Assembly: GCF_001194135.2 (NCBI RefSeq)
Contig: NC_069008.1
Span: forward strand, 2,006,074-2,047,673
Origin: Octopus bimaculoides
Lineage: Eukaryota
Length of the DNA: 41,600 nucleotides
Direction: 5' to 3'
Below the pieces are notes generated by a model that saw only the letters and a list, made by a program, of their open reading frames with translations, ran no database searches and was not told the DNA's origin. A program made the position numbers and the translations under genes. Each line of letters begins with the position of its first letter. Position 1 is the first letter of the stretch. Shown here piece after piece: positions 1-12,990 of the stretch.

Positions 1-124
1 GCCCCACAAATACCTCACTACAAGTGAAAGAATCATGGTTCACACTAATATTTATTCACATTTCATTTACACCTTTGAATTTGAAGACTTGATACAACAG
101 CTTGGCTCTTTGCAATATCAGTTC

Positions 125-965
125 TATACAATGTCATACTCCAATGTTGATGCCATTTTTAGCCGAACATGGCCTCCTGCTGTGTACATGAGATTGTCCA
201 AAGTGCAATACCTTGAGCATTCTGTACCAAACATAAGGTGATGCGACAATGTGGACGGTGTAGAAAGGAATGTGGATACTCCATATCTACATTTAAGGAC
301 ATTTTTCTGGAAGGCGTCCATCTTCCGCCATGGATAGTTTTGCTTTTTCTGAACCACTTCCTCAGGGCAGCTTGGTTGCACAAATCTAGAAAGGAAAACG
401 TTAGATTCTACTGTAAAAACTCTGTACATTGGTAGTCTTTCTGCATGGAAGTTTGCCAGTTTTGGGCAGAAAACCACCAAACTGTTATTAGAGGACCAGG
501 AGTTGAAGTAAAAGTTGACGAGATGGTTTTGGTTGGTTGGAAAAACCAACATGGCAGGATTGTGAAAATGGTTTGGCTTTTTGTCAAACTAGAACGGTTA
601 AGTAAGAAGATATTCATAGTTCCACTGTGAAATGTGGTGAGGCCAACAGACAAAATACTGGGACTCTGACTACACTCATTACCCATTACATCAGGTAGGG
701 GTAATTTACAGTGACTGTTGGTGTGCCTATAGTAACCTCAACAACCTGGGCTATATGCACTATCAAGCGAACCATAGTCAGCATTTTGTTGATCCTGTCA
801 ACCCATCTGTTGACACTCACACTCAAGAAGAGCATTATTCGACCTGGAATGAGACCTGAGTACCTGAAGCAGGACGTTGCTTGGTTCCTTTTCTTATGGG
901 CTGTCTCACCACCAACCCAGCAATTTCATAAGTTTCTTGTGGAGGCTGCAACATTATATCGAAAT
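125..965 (+). mobile_element. Decayed Merlin/IS1595 (ISXO2-like) DDE transposase
   Basis: Frameshifted pieces translate to an N-terminal CPKC..RCRKEC zinc ribbon, then GPGVEVKVDE..GRIVKMVWLF..LERLSKKIFIVPL, then VIYSDCWCAYSNLNNLGYMHYQANHSQHFVDP..HTQE, then FLWA..QFHKFLVEAATLY. These match the conserved ISXO2-like motifs in order. No TIR identified. Confidence 0.8.
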
Positions 966-1499
966 TCCTGAATCCAAGGAAGACTATACACAAAACATAA
1001 TCACTATCTTTTAAAACACACATAACACATCTATCTGCAGTTAACAGAAACAACACAACACCACACGCTTTCATAATAAACACTTATAAAGCATATTCAT
1101 TTATTTTCTCTCTTTTTCTATATTTAATGAGAAGAGAGCATATGTTGTTCGCAATACCCACTTTCCTATCATTTATTTGGAGATTGCAAATACGGGATAT
1201 GCAGATAATTAATTTTCATAGAATTTTCATTAATACCTTACTGTAAATGTTTTTCTTGTACACTTCCCTACCACCAACACACCTGTATGCGAATACACAT
1301 GAACAAAGTCCCATATTAATAAATATTGTGTTTGCTTCTGTTAGAACCGATATATATGTCAGGTATGTAAGACATATTTTGGTATATTTTCTGTTCATTC
1401 GCACATGCAAGCTTTCCATTTTCACTTTTAGACAGTAGGATCGAGTGGTGAGGGGTGTATGAATCAATTTTGGAATTTTCTCATAGAAAATTTGAACTT

Positions 1500-2480
1500 A
1501 AATTTTTTTTACCATATTCTTAATCTCCGACACCAAAAACATAGGAATCCGTTGAACAGAGTTTCTTTTTTTTTTAAAAAAAAAAGCTCAGTTAATGTTG
1601 ACATTATTACCCATAAACGAAAGAGAAAATAATGCAACGAGTAAAAAAAAAAAAAAAAAAAAGGTGTAGGAAACGAATATGAAAAGAAAAATGCCCGGAA
1701 AGGTGAGGAGAAGCCTTTGGAAAATTTACGAGATCCCATGTTTTTCCCTCGTAACTTAAAGGAAAATGGGGCGTTTCTTTTTATAAAATTTACACAGCTT
1801 TCAGACGGTATAGATTACGATTATAAAGAAATTTGTGAGGAACATCTTTTCCGAGGGGGTGGGGGAAAGAACGTCGGAAGACTCACAAGATCCGATGTTT
1901 TCCTCTCGTAACTTTGAGGAAAATCGACATCTTTCTACCTTACACCAACGTAGGAAATGAAACTGAAAACAAAAATGGGTGGTAAGCAACAGGAGGTGCG
2001 GGGCGGATCGGAAAATTCCATATTCCTCAGAGTTATGAAGGAAAAACATTGGATTTCGTCGATATTCCGAAGGCCTCTCCTCACTCCCCGTTGCTTTCGG
2101 GGCATTTTTGTTAGCAATATTCGATTCCTACGCCTTTTTTTTTAACACTCGGTGCACTATTTGTTTTACGATTTCTTTCTGGATAATAATGTCAGCATTA
2201 ACCAAAATATTTTCGTTTTAAGCATCACTATAATAAGCATTTATACTCTGGTGAAATTAAGAAGTTAACTCGTTAACGAACGAAACCCTCGAATCCATCA
2301 CTGTACACATAGTCGCATATCTATGCACGTTTGAAGATAATCAAACCAAAGTTATATCATTTCGAGTCACTCACCCAATTTGGTGAAAAATCTGTTCAAT
2401 CATTTTCCAGTAATTTTACAAACACAGAAAGACAAGTGATTACAATACCTTGCTTTCGCTTTACGTGAGCAGAGTAACAA
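1500..2480. repeat. Unclassified dispersed repeat (family E), possibly a Helitron/Helentron-like non-autonomous relic
   Basis: The motif TAATCTCCG.(A)C.C.AAAAC near 1521 recurs near 30826 and, inverted, near 36182. It has internal sub-repeats and a weak hairpin end near 2452-2478. The class is a guess. Confidence 0.3.
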
Positions 2481-2704
2481 TCACAATGCTAAATGGTTCT
2501 ATAGAAGACAATAGTATTAACACATTATAGCAAACCCTTGTTTGTTTACAAGGAAGTAAATATCTCTCCATGGCTGGACATGTTTTCACAGAAGACTTGA
2601 AACAGGGGACTCCACTTGTATGACTGTACCACTCAACTATAAAGTGATGTCATGACAACGAGAAAGACACTCACTCACACATATAGACACACACATATGT
2701 GCAT

Positions 2705-2812
2705 GTGAAATTTAGGTCTACCAAAGCCTCAAGTTTGTGGGGGAGGAGGTTAGTCGATTATCATAGACCCCCAGCACTTGACCGGTGCTCATTTTATCGA
2801 CCTCTAAAAGGA
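2705..2812 (-). mobile_element. SINE family B fragment, runs into a gap
   Basis: GTCGATTATCATAGACCCCCAGCACTTGACCGGTGCTCATTTTATCGACC aligns with the family B copies at 25101-25520. Confidence 0.7.
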
Positions 2813-2995
2813 NNNNNNNNNNNNNNNNNNNNNNNNNNNNNNNNNNNNNNNNNNNNNNNNNNNNNNNNNNNNNNNNNNNNNNNNNNNNNNNNNNNNNNNN
2901 NNNNNNNNNNNNAGTCCATTATGTCTGGGTAGAAAGATGGAATGGTCACAGTTGGGACGTCTTTGATCATATCTGTTCAATCAGATTCTATTATT

Positions 2996-3239
2996 GTTGG
3001 CACTCCGTCGCCTACGACGTCGAGGGTTCCAGTTGATCCGATCGACGGAACAGCCTGCTCGTGAAATTAACGTGCAAGTGGCTGAGCACTCCACAGACAC
3101 ATGTGCCCTTAACGTAGTTCTCGGGGGTATTCAGCGTGACAGTGTGACAAGGCTGACCCTTTGAAATACAGGCACAACAGAAACAGGGAAAAAAAAGAGT
3201 GAGAGAAAGTTGTGTCGAAAGAGTACAGTAGGGGTCGCC
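2996..3239 (-). mobile_element. SINE family C, 3' part (5' end in gap)
   Basis: Near-identical to 21067-21310 and 24263-24510 (GTTGGCACTCCGTCG...GTGCAAGTGGCTGAGCACTCCACAGACA). Confidence 0.85.
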
Positions 3240-4269
3240 NNNNNNNNNNNNNNNNNNNNNNNNNNNNNNNNNNNNNNNNNNNNNNNNNNNNNNNNNNNNN
3301 NNNNNNNNNNNNNNNNNNNNNNNNNNNNNNNNNNNNNNNNNNNNNNNNNNNNNNNNNNNNNNNNNNNNNNNNNNNNNNNNNNNNNNNNNNNNNNNNNNNN
3401 NNNNNNNNNNNNNNNNNNNNNNNNNNNNNNNNNNNNNNNNNNNNNNNNNNNNNNNNNNNNNNNNNNNNNNNNNNNNNNNNNNNNNNNNNNNNNNNNNNNN
3501 NNNNNNNNNNNNNNNNNNNNNNNNNNNNNNNNNNNNNNNNNNNNNNNNNNNNNNNNNNNNNNNNNNNNNNNNNNNNNNNNNNNNNNNNNNNNNNNNNNNN
3601 NNNNNNNNNNNNNNNNNNNNNNNNNNNNNNNNNNNNNNNNNNNNNNNNNNNNNNNNNNNNNNNNNNNNNNNNNNNNNNNNNNNNNNNNNNNNNNNNNNNN
3701 NNNNNNNNNNNNNNNNNNNNNNNNNNNNNNNNNNNNNNNNNNNNNNNNNNNNNNNNNNNNNNNNNNNNNNNNNNNNNNNNNNNNNNNNNNNNNNNNNNNN
3801 NNNNNNNNNNNNNNNNNNNNNNNNNNNNNNNNNNNNNNNNNNNNNNNNNNNNNNNNNNNNNNNNNNNNNNNNNNNNNNNNNNNNNNNNNNNNNNNNNNNN
3901 NNNNNNNNNNNNNNNNNNNNNNNNNNNNNNNNNNNNNNNNNNNNNNNNNNNNNNNNNNNNNNNNNNNNNNNNNNNNNNNNNNNNNNNNNNNNNNNNNNNN
4001 NNNNNNNNNNNNNNNNNNNNNNNNNNNNNNNNNNNNNNNNNNNNNNNNNNNNNNNNNNNNNNNNNNNNNNNNNNNNNNNNNNNNNNNNNNNGTCATGCAA
4101 CCACATACAGGCTCCGTCGTTGGTCTGTCTCGGTAATAATTTTGTTGTTATTTAGCCTCAAATCAACCCTGATACAGCAAACCTATGTTGCTATGATAAC
4201 ATGTCTGGTTATTAAAGAAGGATTTTGTTAGGGGAGTGGACCCGGAAGTTGTTGTTCGCAAACAGCAGC

Positions 4270-4460
4270 AGTAATTTTCTTCAGCTGAATACACGTCATT
4301 GATTGGTTAAAATTACCCAAATACGACAACTTTAACACGAAATAACTTCTAAAATACAAAATTTTGTCAAAATTGTTAAGAGTAAACCCTTGTTCTATGT
4401 GACACATTCTACCAGTATCCAAAGTTTCAAAGTGTTTAGTTAAAAGAAAATTAAGAATTC
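4270..4460. repeat. Unclassified interspersed repeat (family D), copy 1
   Basis: CTGAAT..ACGTCA.TGATTGGTT.AAATTAC..AAATACGACA.CTTTAACA..AATAACTT and TGACACATTCTACCAGT..CAA(A)GTTTCAA.GTGTTT are shared with 27835-28005. Confidence 0.65.
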
Positions 4461-6688
4461 TGGTCGTCAAATTCAACAGATCCCACAATGCAATAAAGTA
4501 TTCACATCATAACCTATCGTGGGCCAGCATTCACGGCGATCTTTCGTTTTGATAATAGTTTACATCACTTCTTAAAGCACCCTCACATGAACATGTATGC
4601 GTACAAAAGATATATGTAATAGGTGTACGTACATGTTTTTGTGTGTGTGTATCACTGAAGCCATTCACACATACATACATAAGCTTTCTCTCTCTCATTG
4701 GTTTCTGTCAATCACTCACTACAAAAAGTGAATTAAAAAATTCAGTTATCTCTCTCTCCCTCTCATACACACACACACCAGCACCATTGCTCTCTCACAA
4801 ACACTGACAAAACAGGTTCATATACATACCACACTCTGTCTCGCAATGCCGAAACATGCGTAGCAAACAGTTAATCATAATGTCCATGTGAGTATATCTG
4901 TGGGTGCACATGGTGGATACGTAAAACCCCTCTCGCTCTTTAAAAAATATTTTTTTGTTTATAGAAACCCACGTTTTTGGCTACAGAGACTGTGATTCTA
5001 AAACAAAAATTGGCGAAACTGTGCAACTTCAAAATATCAATTAACTTCATTTTTCACATTTTTCAGAAATTTTTCGTTATGCTTTTTGGTATTTTTTCTG
5101 ATGTTGCGCCCCACCCCTCCGTTTTCAGCAGAAAAAATGCATTTCCGACAGCTAAGGAGATCAACTAAGACGATTGCACACAAAAAAGCGCAGGGGAAAA
5201 AAAAAAATCATTTACATTTCTGACCAGTCAGAAGAACAACAAAGCGATGTTTACTAATCCGTTCAATTCCAGTGAAGAACCAAACATAAACATTTTAATT
5301 AGAATATACAATCTTGATGATAAGTATGAGGTCAATTAAGACAATTGCAAAAAAAAAAAACACAGGAGATGGAGTATTCCCNNNNNNNNNNNNNNNNNNN
5401 NNNNNNNNNNNNNNNNNNNNNNNNNNNNNNNNNNNNNNNNNNNNNNNNNNNNNNNNNNNNNNNNNNNNNNNNNNNNNNNNNNNNNNNNNNNNNNNNNNNN
5501 NNNNNNNNNNNNNNNNNNNNNNNNNNNNNNNNNNNNNNNNNNNNNNNNCAGAAAGGATGTACTTGTGACAGCTTACGAAGTCAACCAAGCTGGGTGCACT
5601 GCCCACGCCCCAGAAAATTATTTAGGACCGAAATCAAGTCTGCTGTGAAACTATAAATTTACCAAGATTTCTTTCAGAGAAATTTCCTGCAGTAAAATGG
5701 AGTAGCCTGTGACAAAGTTGTAAAAAGACAGTTTCTTGGGTATTTGGCTGTTATTTCTGTAAAGTTACATGGCTCAATTCACCAACACAATTGCAACTAT
5801 TTAGCTCCAGAGAATCTGCATGTTACTATGGAGCACTATTGGTCCAAGGTATCAGGTGTGTTCGGAGAGTGGTGGTCATCAGTTAAAATATTTATAAAAA
5901 TGTATTTACCAGTTTGTGTTTAACCATTAATCATTGTCAATAAACAATGCATTTATTGTGTATTTGTAAATACGACCCATTTGAATTGAAGTGCGAGTAG
6001 TTTCTTGGGCCACACATCACATATATCTACAACATCAACATTGCATGGCCACAGTGAGATGATTGAAAGACAAGAAAAAGATGGAAGATTAAGTGATATA
6101 AATGCTGACTTTTATACCATGACAAGATATAGTAAACATTGAACATGAACATAAGCCTTTAATACAAGTTACATAAATATTGCTGAGTAAGAAAATTTTT
6201 CTTTTGCTTTCTCTTTGGTGAGTAACTTATTTCCTATTTGCTTCTATCTAGAAACCAAAAGAAATCACTGCTATTCCCTTCGAAATTTCTTTTTGTGACC
6301 AGGACATCGATGTTTTGAAGCTGACTTATTTTACATTACACATATTCTGCTCAATAACACAGATTTAGTTGTCAGTTGCTCAACCATAACCATTTGAGTA
6401 TGTCTCTTGGTGGCCGACATCATGTACATCTCTGACAATGAGCAGGAGTAGTGGAAGAGCATCGTAATCATGTGTTGAGAGGGATTCTTTGAGGTTTGAA
6501 TAAATATCATAACAAAAGCAAAGTTTGAAGGGAATATTAGCCATTTTTCATACTTTCTCAGGGTAAGCGAATAGGAAATAACAGTTACTACCCACCTACA
6601 CAAGATCGTGTAACATGGTGTAATCGGATCTGTGTTGGTGAATATTGATTAGAGAAACAATCTTTCTTACTGTTAATAATCACAAAAG

Positions 6689-7919
<1,231 letters not shown>

Positions 7920-8712
7920 NNNNNNNNNNNNNNNNNNNNNNNNNNNNNNNNNNNNNNNNNNNNNNNNNNNNNNNNNNNNNNNNNNNNNNNNNNNNNNNNN
8001 NNNNNNNNNNNNNNNNNNNNNNNNNNNNNNNNNNNNNNNNNNNNNNNNNNNNNNNNNNNNNNNNNNNNNNNNNNNNNNNNNNNNNNNNNNNNNNNNNNNN
8101 NNNNNNNNNNNNNNNNNNNNNNNNNNNNNNNNNNNNNNNNNNNNNNNNNNNNNNNNNNNNNNNNNNNNNNNNNNNNNNNNNNNNNNNNNNNNNNNNNNNN
8201 NNNNNNNNNNNNNNNNNNNNNNNNNNNNNNNNNNNNNNNNNNNNNNNNNNNNNNNNNNNNNNNNNNNNNNNNNNNNNNNNNNNNNNNNNNNNNNNNNNNN
8301 NNNNNNNNNNNNNNNNNNNNNNNNNNNNNNNNNNNNNNNNNNNNNNNNNNNNNNNNNNNNNNNNNNNNNNNNNNNNNNNNNNNNNNNNNNNNNNNNNNNN
8401 NNNNNNNNNNNNNNNNNNNNNNNNNNNNNNNNNNNNNNNNNNNNNNNNNNNNNNNNNNNNNNNNNNNNNNNNNNNNNNNNNNNNNNNNNNNNNNNNNNNN
8501 NNNNNNNNNNNNNNNNNNNNNNNNNNNNNNNNNNNNNNNNNNNNNNNNNNNNNNNNNNNNNNNNNNNNNNNNNNNNNNNNNNNNNNNNNNNNNNNNNNNN
8601 NNNNNNNNNNNNNNNNNNNNNNNNNNNNNNNNNNNNNNNNNNNNNNNNNNNNNNNNNNNNNNNNNNNNNNNNNNNNNNNNNNNNNNAAGCAATGATGACG
8701 GTGATGACACAG

Positions 8713-9744
8713 TTACTCTTCTGCATGAATACCTACATGTGTAGTTAAGTTACCTTTTTGAGAGAATAATTTGCCACAGATATCACACTGATATGGTTTC
8801 TCTCCTGTATGAATACGTTTGTGTTTAGTCAGGTCACCATTGAAAGAAAAAGATTTACCACAGATATCACAGTGATATGGTTTGTCTCCTGTATGAATAC
8901 GTCTGTGTGTAGTTACCTCACCATTTCGAGAGAAGAATTTACCACAGATATCACACTGATATGGTTTCTCTCCTGTATGAATGCGTTTATGCTTAGTTAA
9001 AACTCCATTTTCAGAGAATGATTTACCACAGACATCACAGTGATATGGCTTCTCACCTGTATGAATACGTTTGTGTATAGTTAAGCTGTTTCCATGTGAG
9101 AATGATTTACCACAAATATCACACTGATATGGCTTCTCCCCTGTATGAATACGTTTGTGTGTAGTTAAGTGGCCAGTTTCAGAAAATGATTTGCCACATA
9201 TCTCACAGTGGTACGGTTTCTCTCCTGTATGAATACGTTTGTGCTTCGTTAAGTTACTCCTCTGAGAAAATGATACCCCACAGATATCACAGTGATATGG
9301 TTTCTCTCCTGTATGATTTTGCTTGTGTTTAATCAAGCGATGATTTACAGAGAATGATTTACCGCAGATATTGCAGTGATATGGTTTCTCTCCTGTATGA
9401 ATACGTTTATGTATAGTCAAGGTGTTTCCATGAGAGAAGGATTTACCACAGATATCACACTGATATGGCTTCTCTCCTGTATGAATACGTTTGTGTGTCG
9501 TTAAATGACCAATTTCAGAGAATGAATCCCCACAGATCTCACAGTGATAAGGTTTCTCTCCTGTATGAGTACGTTTGTGTGTAGTTAAGTCATGTTTACC
9601 AGGGAATGATTTCCCACAGATATCGCAGTGATATGGTTTCTCTCCTGTATGAATATGTTTGTGAGTAATTAGGTTACCTTTGAGAGAGAATGGCCGACCA
9701 CAAATATCACAGTGATATGAAGATTTTCCTGTATGTTTTGGCAT
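8713..9744 (-). CDS. ZF-B: C2H2 zinc-finger protein, 12 tandem fingers, 343 aa
   Basis: Uninterrupted ORF from ATG with 12 canonical fingers. The ATG sits at the position homologous to the ZF-C/D/E start (AAGGATT.ATTT...GATGC). Confidence 0.92.
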   Translation of the reverse strand: MPKHTGKSSYHCDICGRPFSLKGNLITHKHIHTGEKPYHCDICGKSFPGKHDLTTHKRTHTGEKPYHCEICGDSFSEIGHLTTHKRIHTGEKPYQCDICGKSFSHGNTLTIHKRIHTGEKPYHCNICGKSFSVNHRLIKHKQNHTGEKPYHCDICGVSFSQRSNLTKHKRIHTGEKPYHCEICGKSFSETGHLTTHKRIHTGEKPYQCDICGKSFSHGNSLTIHKRIHTGEKPYHCDVCGKSFSENGVLTKHKRIHTGEKPYQCDICGKFFSRNGEVTTHRRIHTGDKPYHCDICGKSFSFNGDLTKHKRIHTGEKPYQCDICGKLFSQKGNLTTHVGIHAEE

Positions 9745-9937
9745 CGTTTCATAACAAAGAGAAAAAAATTAATCCTTTAATTTTGTCACATAATTCAGTT
9801 TCCCATTATTTTTCTCCTGAATTTGCTTTCATGGATTCTGTCTTACAAACACCTCCAATGCTATATTTTCATCAATTTTTGAGTTTGTCAATTTTTGAAA
9901 ATGCTGCAAATTCCTTTGAAAAGTCGTCCAAGTTTAA

Positions 9938-10303
9938 ACCTTTAGCATTTAAACTGACCATATGTGGCTGTTTTATGTTCAAATCAGCCAAATCTGGCCT
10001 CTTACACCTACCCTACTATGTTATTCTAAAAATATACAACCACATTATTGAAATTTTGAAGCTACAATTCAAAACAATGTGAATAAATAAGCATTAATTA
10101 CATTTGATGGAATAGTCTGAATGCTAAAGGATTAGGGTTCAAATTAGCCAGATCTAGCCTCTCACACCTAACCTACAATGTCATTCTAAAAATATGCAAT
10201 AACATCCCTGAAATGGTGAAGCTACAGGATAATACATAATTAATTGGAAACGGTGTGAATAAATACGCATTACATTTGATGGAATAATCTGAAGGCTAAA
10301 GGG
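9938..10303. mobile_element. Two tandem piggyBac-type MITE copies (9938-10131 and 5'-truncated 10136-10303)
   Basis: Ends are TTAA+ACCTTTAGCATT and AATGCTAAAGGA+TTAG. The second copy ends GAAGGCTAAAGGG+TGAA. The internal sequences align with each other. Confidence 0.7.
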
Positions 10304-10381
10304 TGAATGAGAATACAAAATACAGATAAAAAATCATTTTGTGGATATTCCAAACAGAGAAGTCGAGAAGTGTTGCTTTAA

Positions 10382-10602
10382 CCCTTTCGTTACCAACCTG
10401 GCTGAAACCGGCTCTGGCTCTGAGTACAAATGTCTTGCTTTCATAAGTTTTGAATTAAAATCTTCCACCAAACTTTAGTCACAATTTATGTTCCTAACAC
10501 TAGTTTAATGATAACAAAGTTATTTTACTAAATTCTTCGTTATATTTAAAATTAATTGAACGAAACACAGAGCATCTCAACAGAAATACAGTAACGAAAG
10601 GG
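10382..10602. mobile_element. piggyBac-type MITE, 221 bp
   Basis: Perfect 12-bp TIR CCCTTTCGTTAC/GTAACGAAAGGG with a TTAA TSD at 10378-10381 and 10603-10606. The paralogous empty TTAA site is at 23448-23451. Confidence 0.9.
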
Positions 10603-10760
10603 TTAATCTGAGTTCAGAAGAAATATTTCCCAGTTATCAATCAATATAAACGGGGTTATATCTGATGTGTGTAATATTTTCTAGTCGACTTCAAAAGATA
10701 ATAAATGTTGTTGATGTATTGGATATTAACAACTCCTTGATTCCGATATCATCTAATATT

Positions 10761-10790
10761 CTGAAATAATAAAGAAACAACGATGTAAGA
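10761..10790 (-). other. 3' splice acceptor of the ZF-B exon
   Basis: Minus strand reads GTTGTTTCTTTATTATTTCAG|AATATT. The same site is conserved at 23601, 36013 and 40898. Confidence 0.75.
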
Positions 10791-11078
10791 CATAAGAGAT
10801 ACATTTAAAAAAATGTAAATATTCAACAGTAGAAATTTTACATTTCCTACTCCTCCACATCCTCCTCACTACCATCACCATCATCATGATCGTGTGAATT
10901 TTCCAAAACTCTCCCCATCGCTTGAAAAATCTTTTTAACTAAATAAGTTCCAATATAATCAGAATCTACACCATTTGAAGTGCTTTTGTAGATGATTTCA
11001 TAAAGAAAAATACGCATTTTTCTCAAAGTTATGACAAAACAAAGTTGTGGACAGAGCACACTTGTGTAGGTATACTGG

Positions 11079-11340
11079 GGCACCACCTTGAAGCGTTTTT
11101 AGTTGAACAAATCAACCCCAGGACTTTTTATTTTTGAAACCTGGTACTTATTCTATCAGTCTCTTTTGGCCAAACTACTAAGTTATGGGCTCCTTTCAGT
11201 TTCCATCTTCTGAATTCACTCACAAGGCTTTGGTCAGCCCGAAGCTATAGTAGAAGACACTCATCCAAGTTGCCATGCAGTAGGGCTGAACCCAGAACCA
11301 TATGGTTGGGAAGCAAGTTTCTTACCACATGGGCACACCT
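11079..11340 (-). mobile_element. SINE family A (tRNA-like head), internally deleted
   Basis: Aligns with 29275-29634 (CACAAGGCTTTGGTC.GCCCGA.G.TATAGTAGAAGACAC). Confidence 0.8.
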
Positions 11341-11534
11341 GGCCCAATTTTGATTAAGCTCTACAACCCTGAAGCAGATGCTGATGATTACGACTGTTGT
11401 GGTGGCCACAGAGAAAGGAGATAGGAAGAGAAAGGTCGGTTACTGAATGAGAAAAGGCTTTAATTGTTCCTCTAGTTGGAGGGGGACGAGGTAGACCCAC
11501 CCCCCATCCTCTAAATAGGTAAAGATTAAACACA

Positions 11535-11906
11535 AGACCGATGTGGCTGTGTGGTAAGAAGCTCGATTCCCTACCACATAGTTCTAGGTTCAGTCCCACT
11601 GCCTCACATCTTGGGAAGTGTCTTCTCCTATATCTGCGGGCTGACTAAAGCCCTGAGTGGGTTTGGTAGACAGAAACTCATTGTGTGTGTGTGTTTTTGT
11701 GTGCATTTGTTTGTCTCCACCACTGCAAGACAATTACCGTTGGTGTGTGAACGTCCCCGTAAAATAGACGTAAGGCAAAAGAGATCGATAGAAAAGTATC
11801 AAGCTTTAAAAATAAAGTACTAGAGTCAATTCGTTAGATTAAAATTCCTCAAGGCGGTACCCCAGCATGGCCGCAGTCTAATGACTGGAACAAGTAAAAG
11901 ATAAAT
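11535..11906 (+). mobile_element. SINE family A, near full length, diverged
   Basis: TGGCTGTGTGGTAAG (A-box-like), GGTTCAGTCCCAC (B-box-like), a central (GT)n tract, and the 3' end CAGCATGGCCGCAGTCTAATGACTGGAACAAGTAAAAG. Confidence 0.85.
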
Positions 11907-12423
11907 TCAAATTACGACAAACGTAAATAAACAAGCGAAGCTTGCTTTTAGAAGCGTTGAGATGTCCTTTTGAATTTTAACAGGAGAGCGTCTCATAAAG
12001 CGAGATTTATATATTTTAATTTGCAGAGGAATTTGTGGTGGGTAGTTTAGCTTAATCGGCAAAAGCATCGTCACATGTAATGACGGGGATGTGAGTCCGT
12101 GTCCACAGCTGGCCACCTACACTTTTCTCTGCAAAATAGGGATAGTTTATCCTGTTCAGGCTATATTATTAGCATTATTCTGCGATTGAGAATTTAAACA
12201 TCACTTCTTTAACATTCTATAAAAAAGATAAATATACATATGTCCCAAATTATATTCAGGATATACTAGGATAAAAACAAACAATAATAACTGGTCTCTG
12301 ACCAACACTTCATTTCATGTATATCTATAATGATTTACTCATTAAATATGCTAACACTAACATAGTGTTTTCGTGAAGAAGTCAGAAATATTTAATATCT
12401 AAGCAATTCTATTTCATCTTCTC

Positions 12424-12719
12424 TAATGGTTCTCACCCGGGGTCCATACAAAATAGTAAATTGGGGACCACAGAAGTTACATCAAGGGTTTGTGGGGAAA
12501 ATGTTGCTTTAGATGTGTTTATTACAAGAAGCTATATTTCTTTTTCAAATCTTTTACATAGTTCAACCTATATGATGTACGAAAAACGATAGGAATTTTA
12601 AAGGAAGTGTCTATAAAACTTGTTTTCGGACATCAAAAGGATATTGAGGCGGGGGTCCATCAAAGTAAAATAGTTATCGAAGGGGTCCATAGGTTTTAAA
12701 AAATGGATGAGAACCACTG
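12424..12719. mobile_element. hAT-type MITE
   Basis: TIR-like ends TAATGGTTCTCA and TGAGAACCACTG (CAGTGGTTCTCA type) with repeated GGGGTCCA sub-terminal motifs. It is absent from the paralogous intron near 30990-31000. No 8-bp TSD remains. Confidence 0.7.
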
Positions 12720-12808
12720 ACAATATACATCATCATTCTGCTACTGTGAAGGATACATAGTAATTATATCATACAATCAATCAAGTTAATAATACTTCCA
12801 CACTGTTG

Positions 12809-12990
12809 ACTTACTCGTAATTTCTCCAAAAATTTCGAATATTCGTTTCCCACCTTCTTAGTCTTCAGATTGGCAACGTCTTTCTTCTTGGTTTCATTCA
12901 ACTGGAACTAAATTTCAACAACAGCAATGCAAAAACTGATACGGAAAAATAAAACGAAACGTACTAACAATCCGGGAATTGTCACCGGGT
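12809..12990 (-). promoter_or_regulatory. Putative non-coding exon 1 and donor of ZF-B with proximal promoter
   Basis: Minus-strand donor CGA|GTAAGT at 12814-12809. The region aligns with 31115-31280 (AAAAACTGA.ACGGAAAA.T.AAACGAAAC...CCGG.AA.TGTCAC.GG). The TSS cannot be fixed from sequence. Confidence 0.6.
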
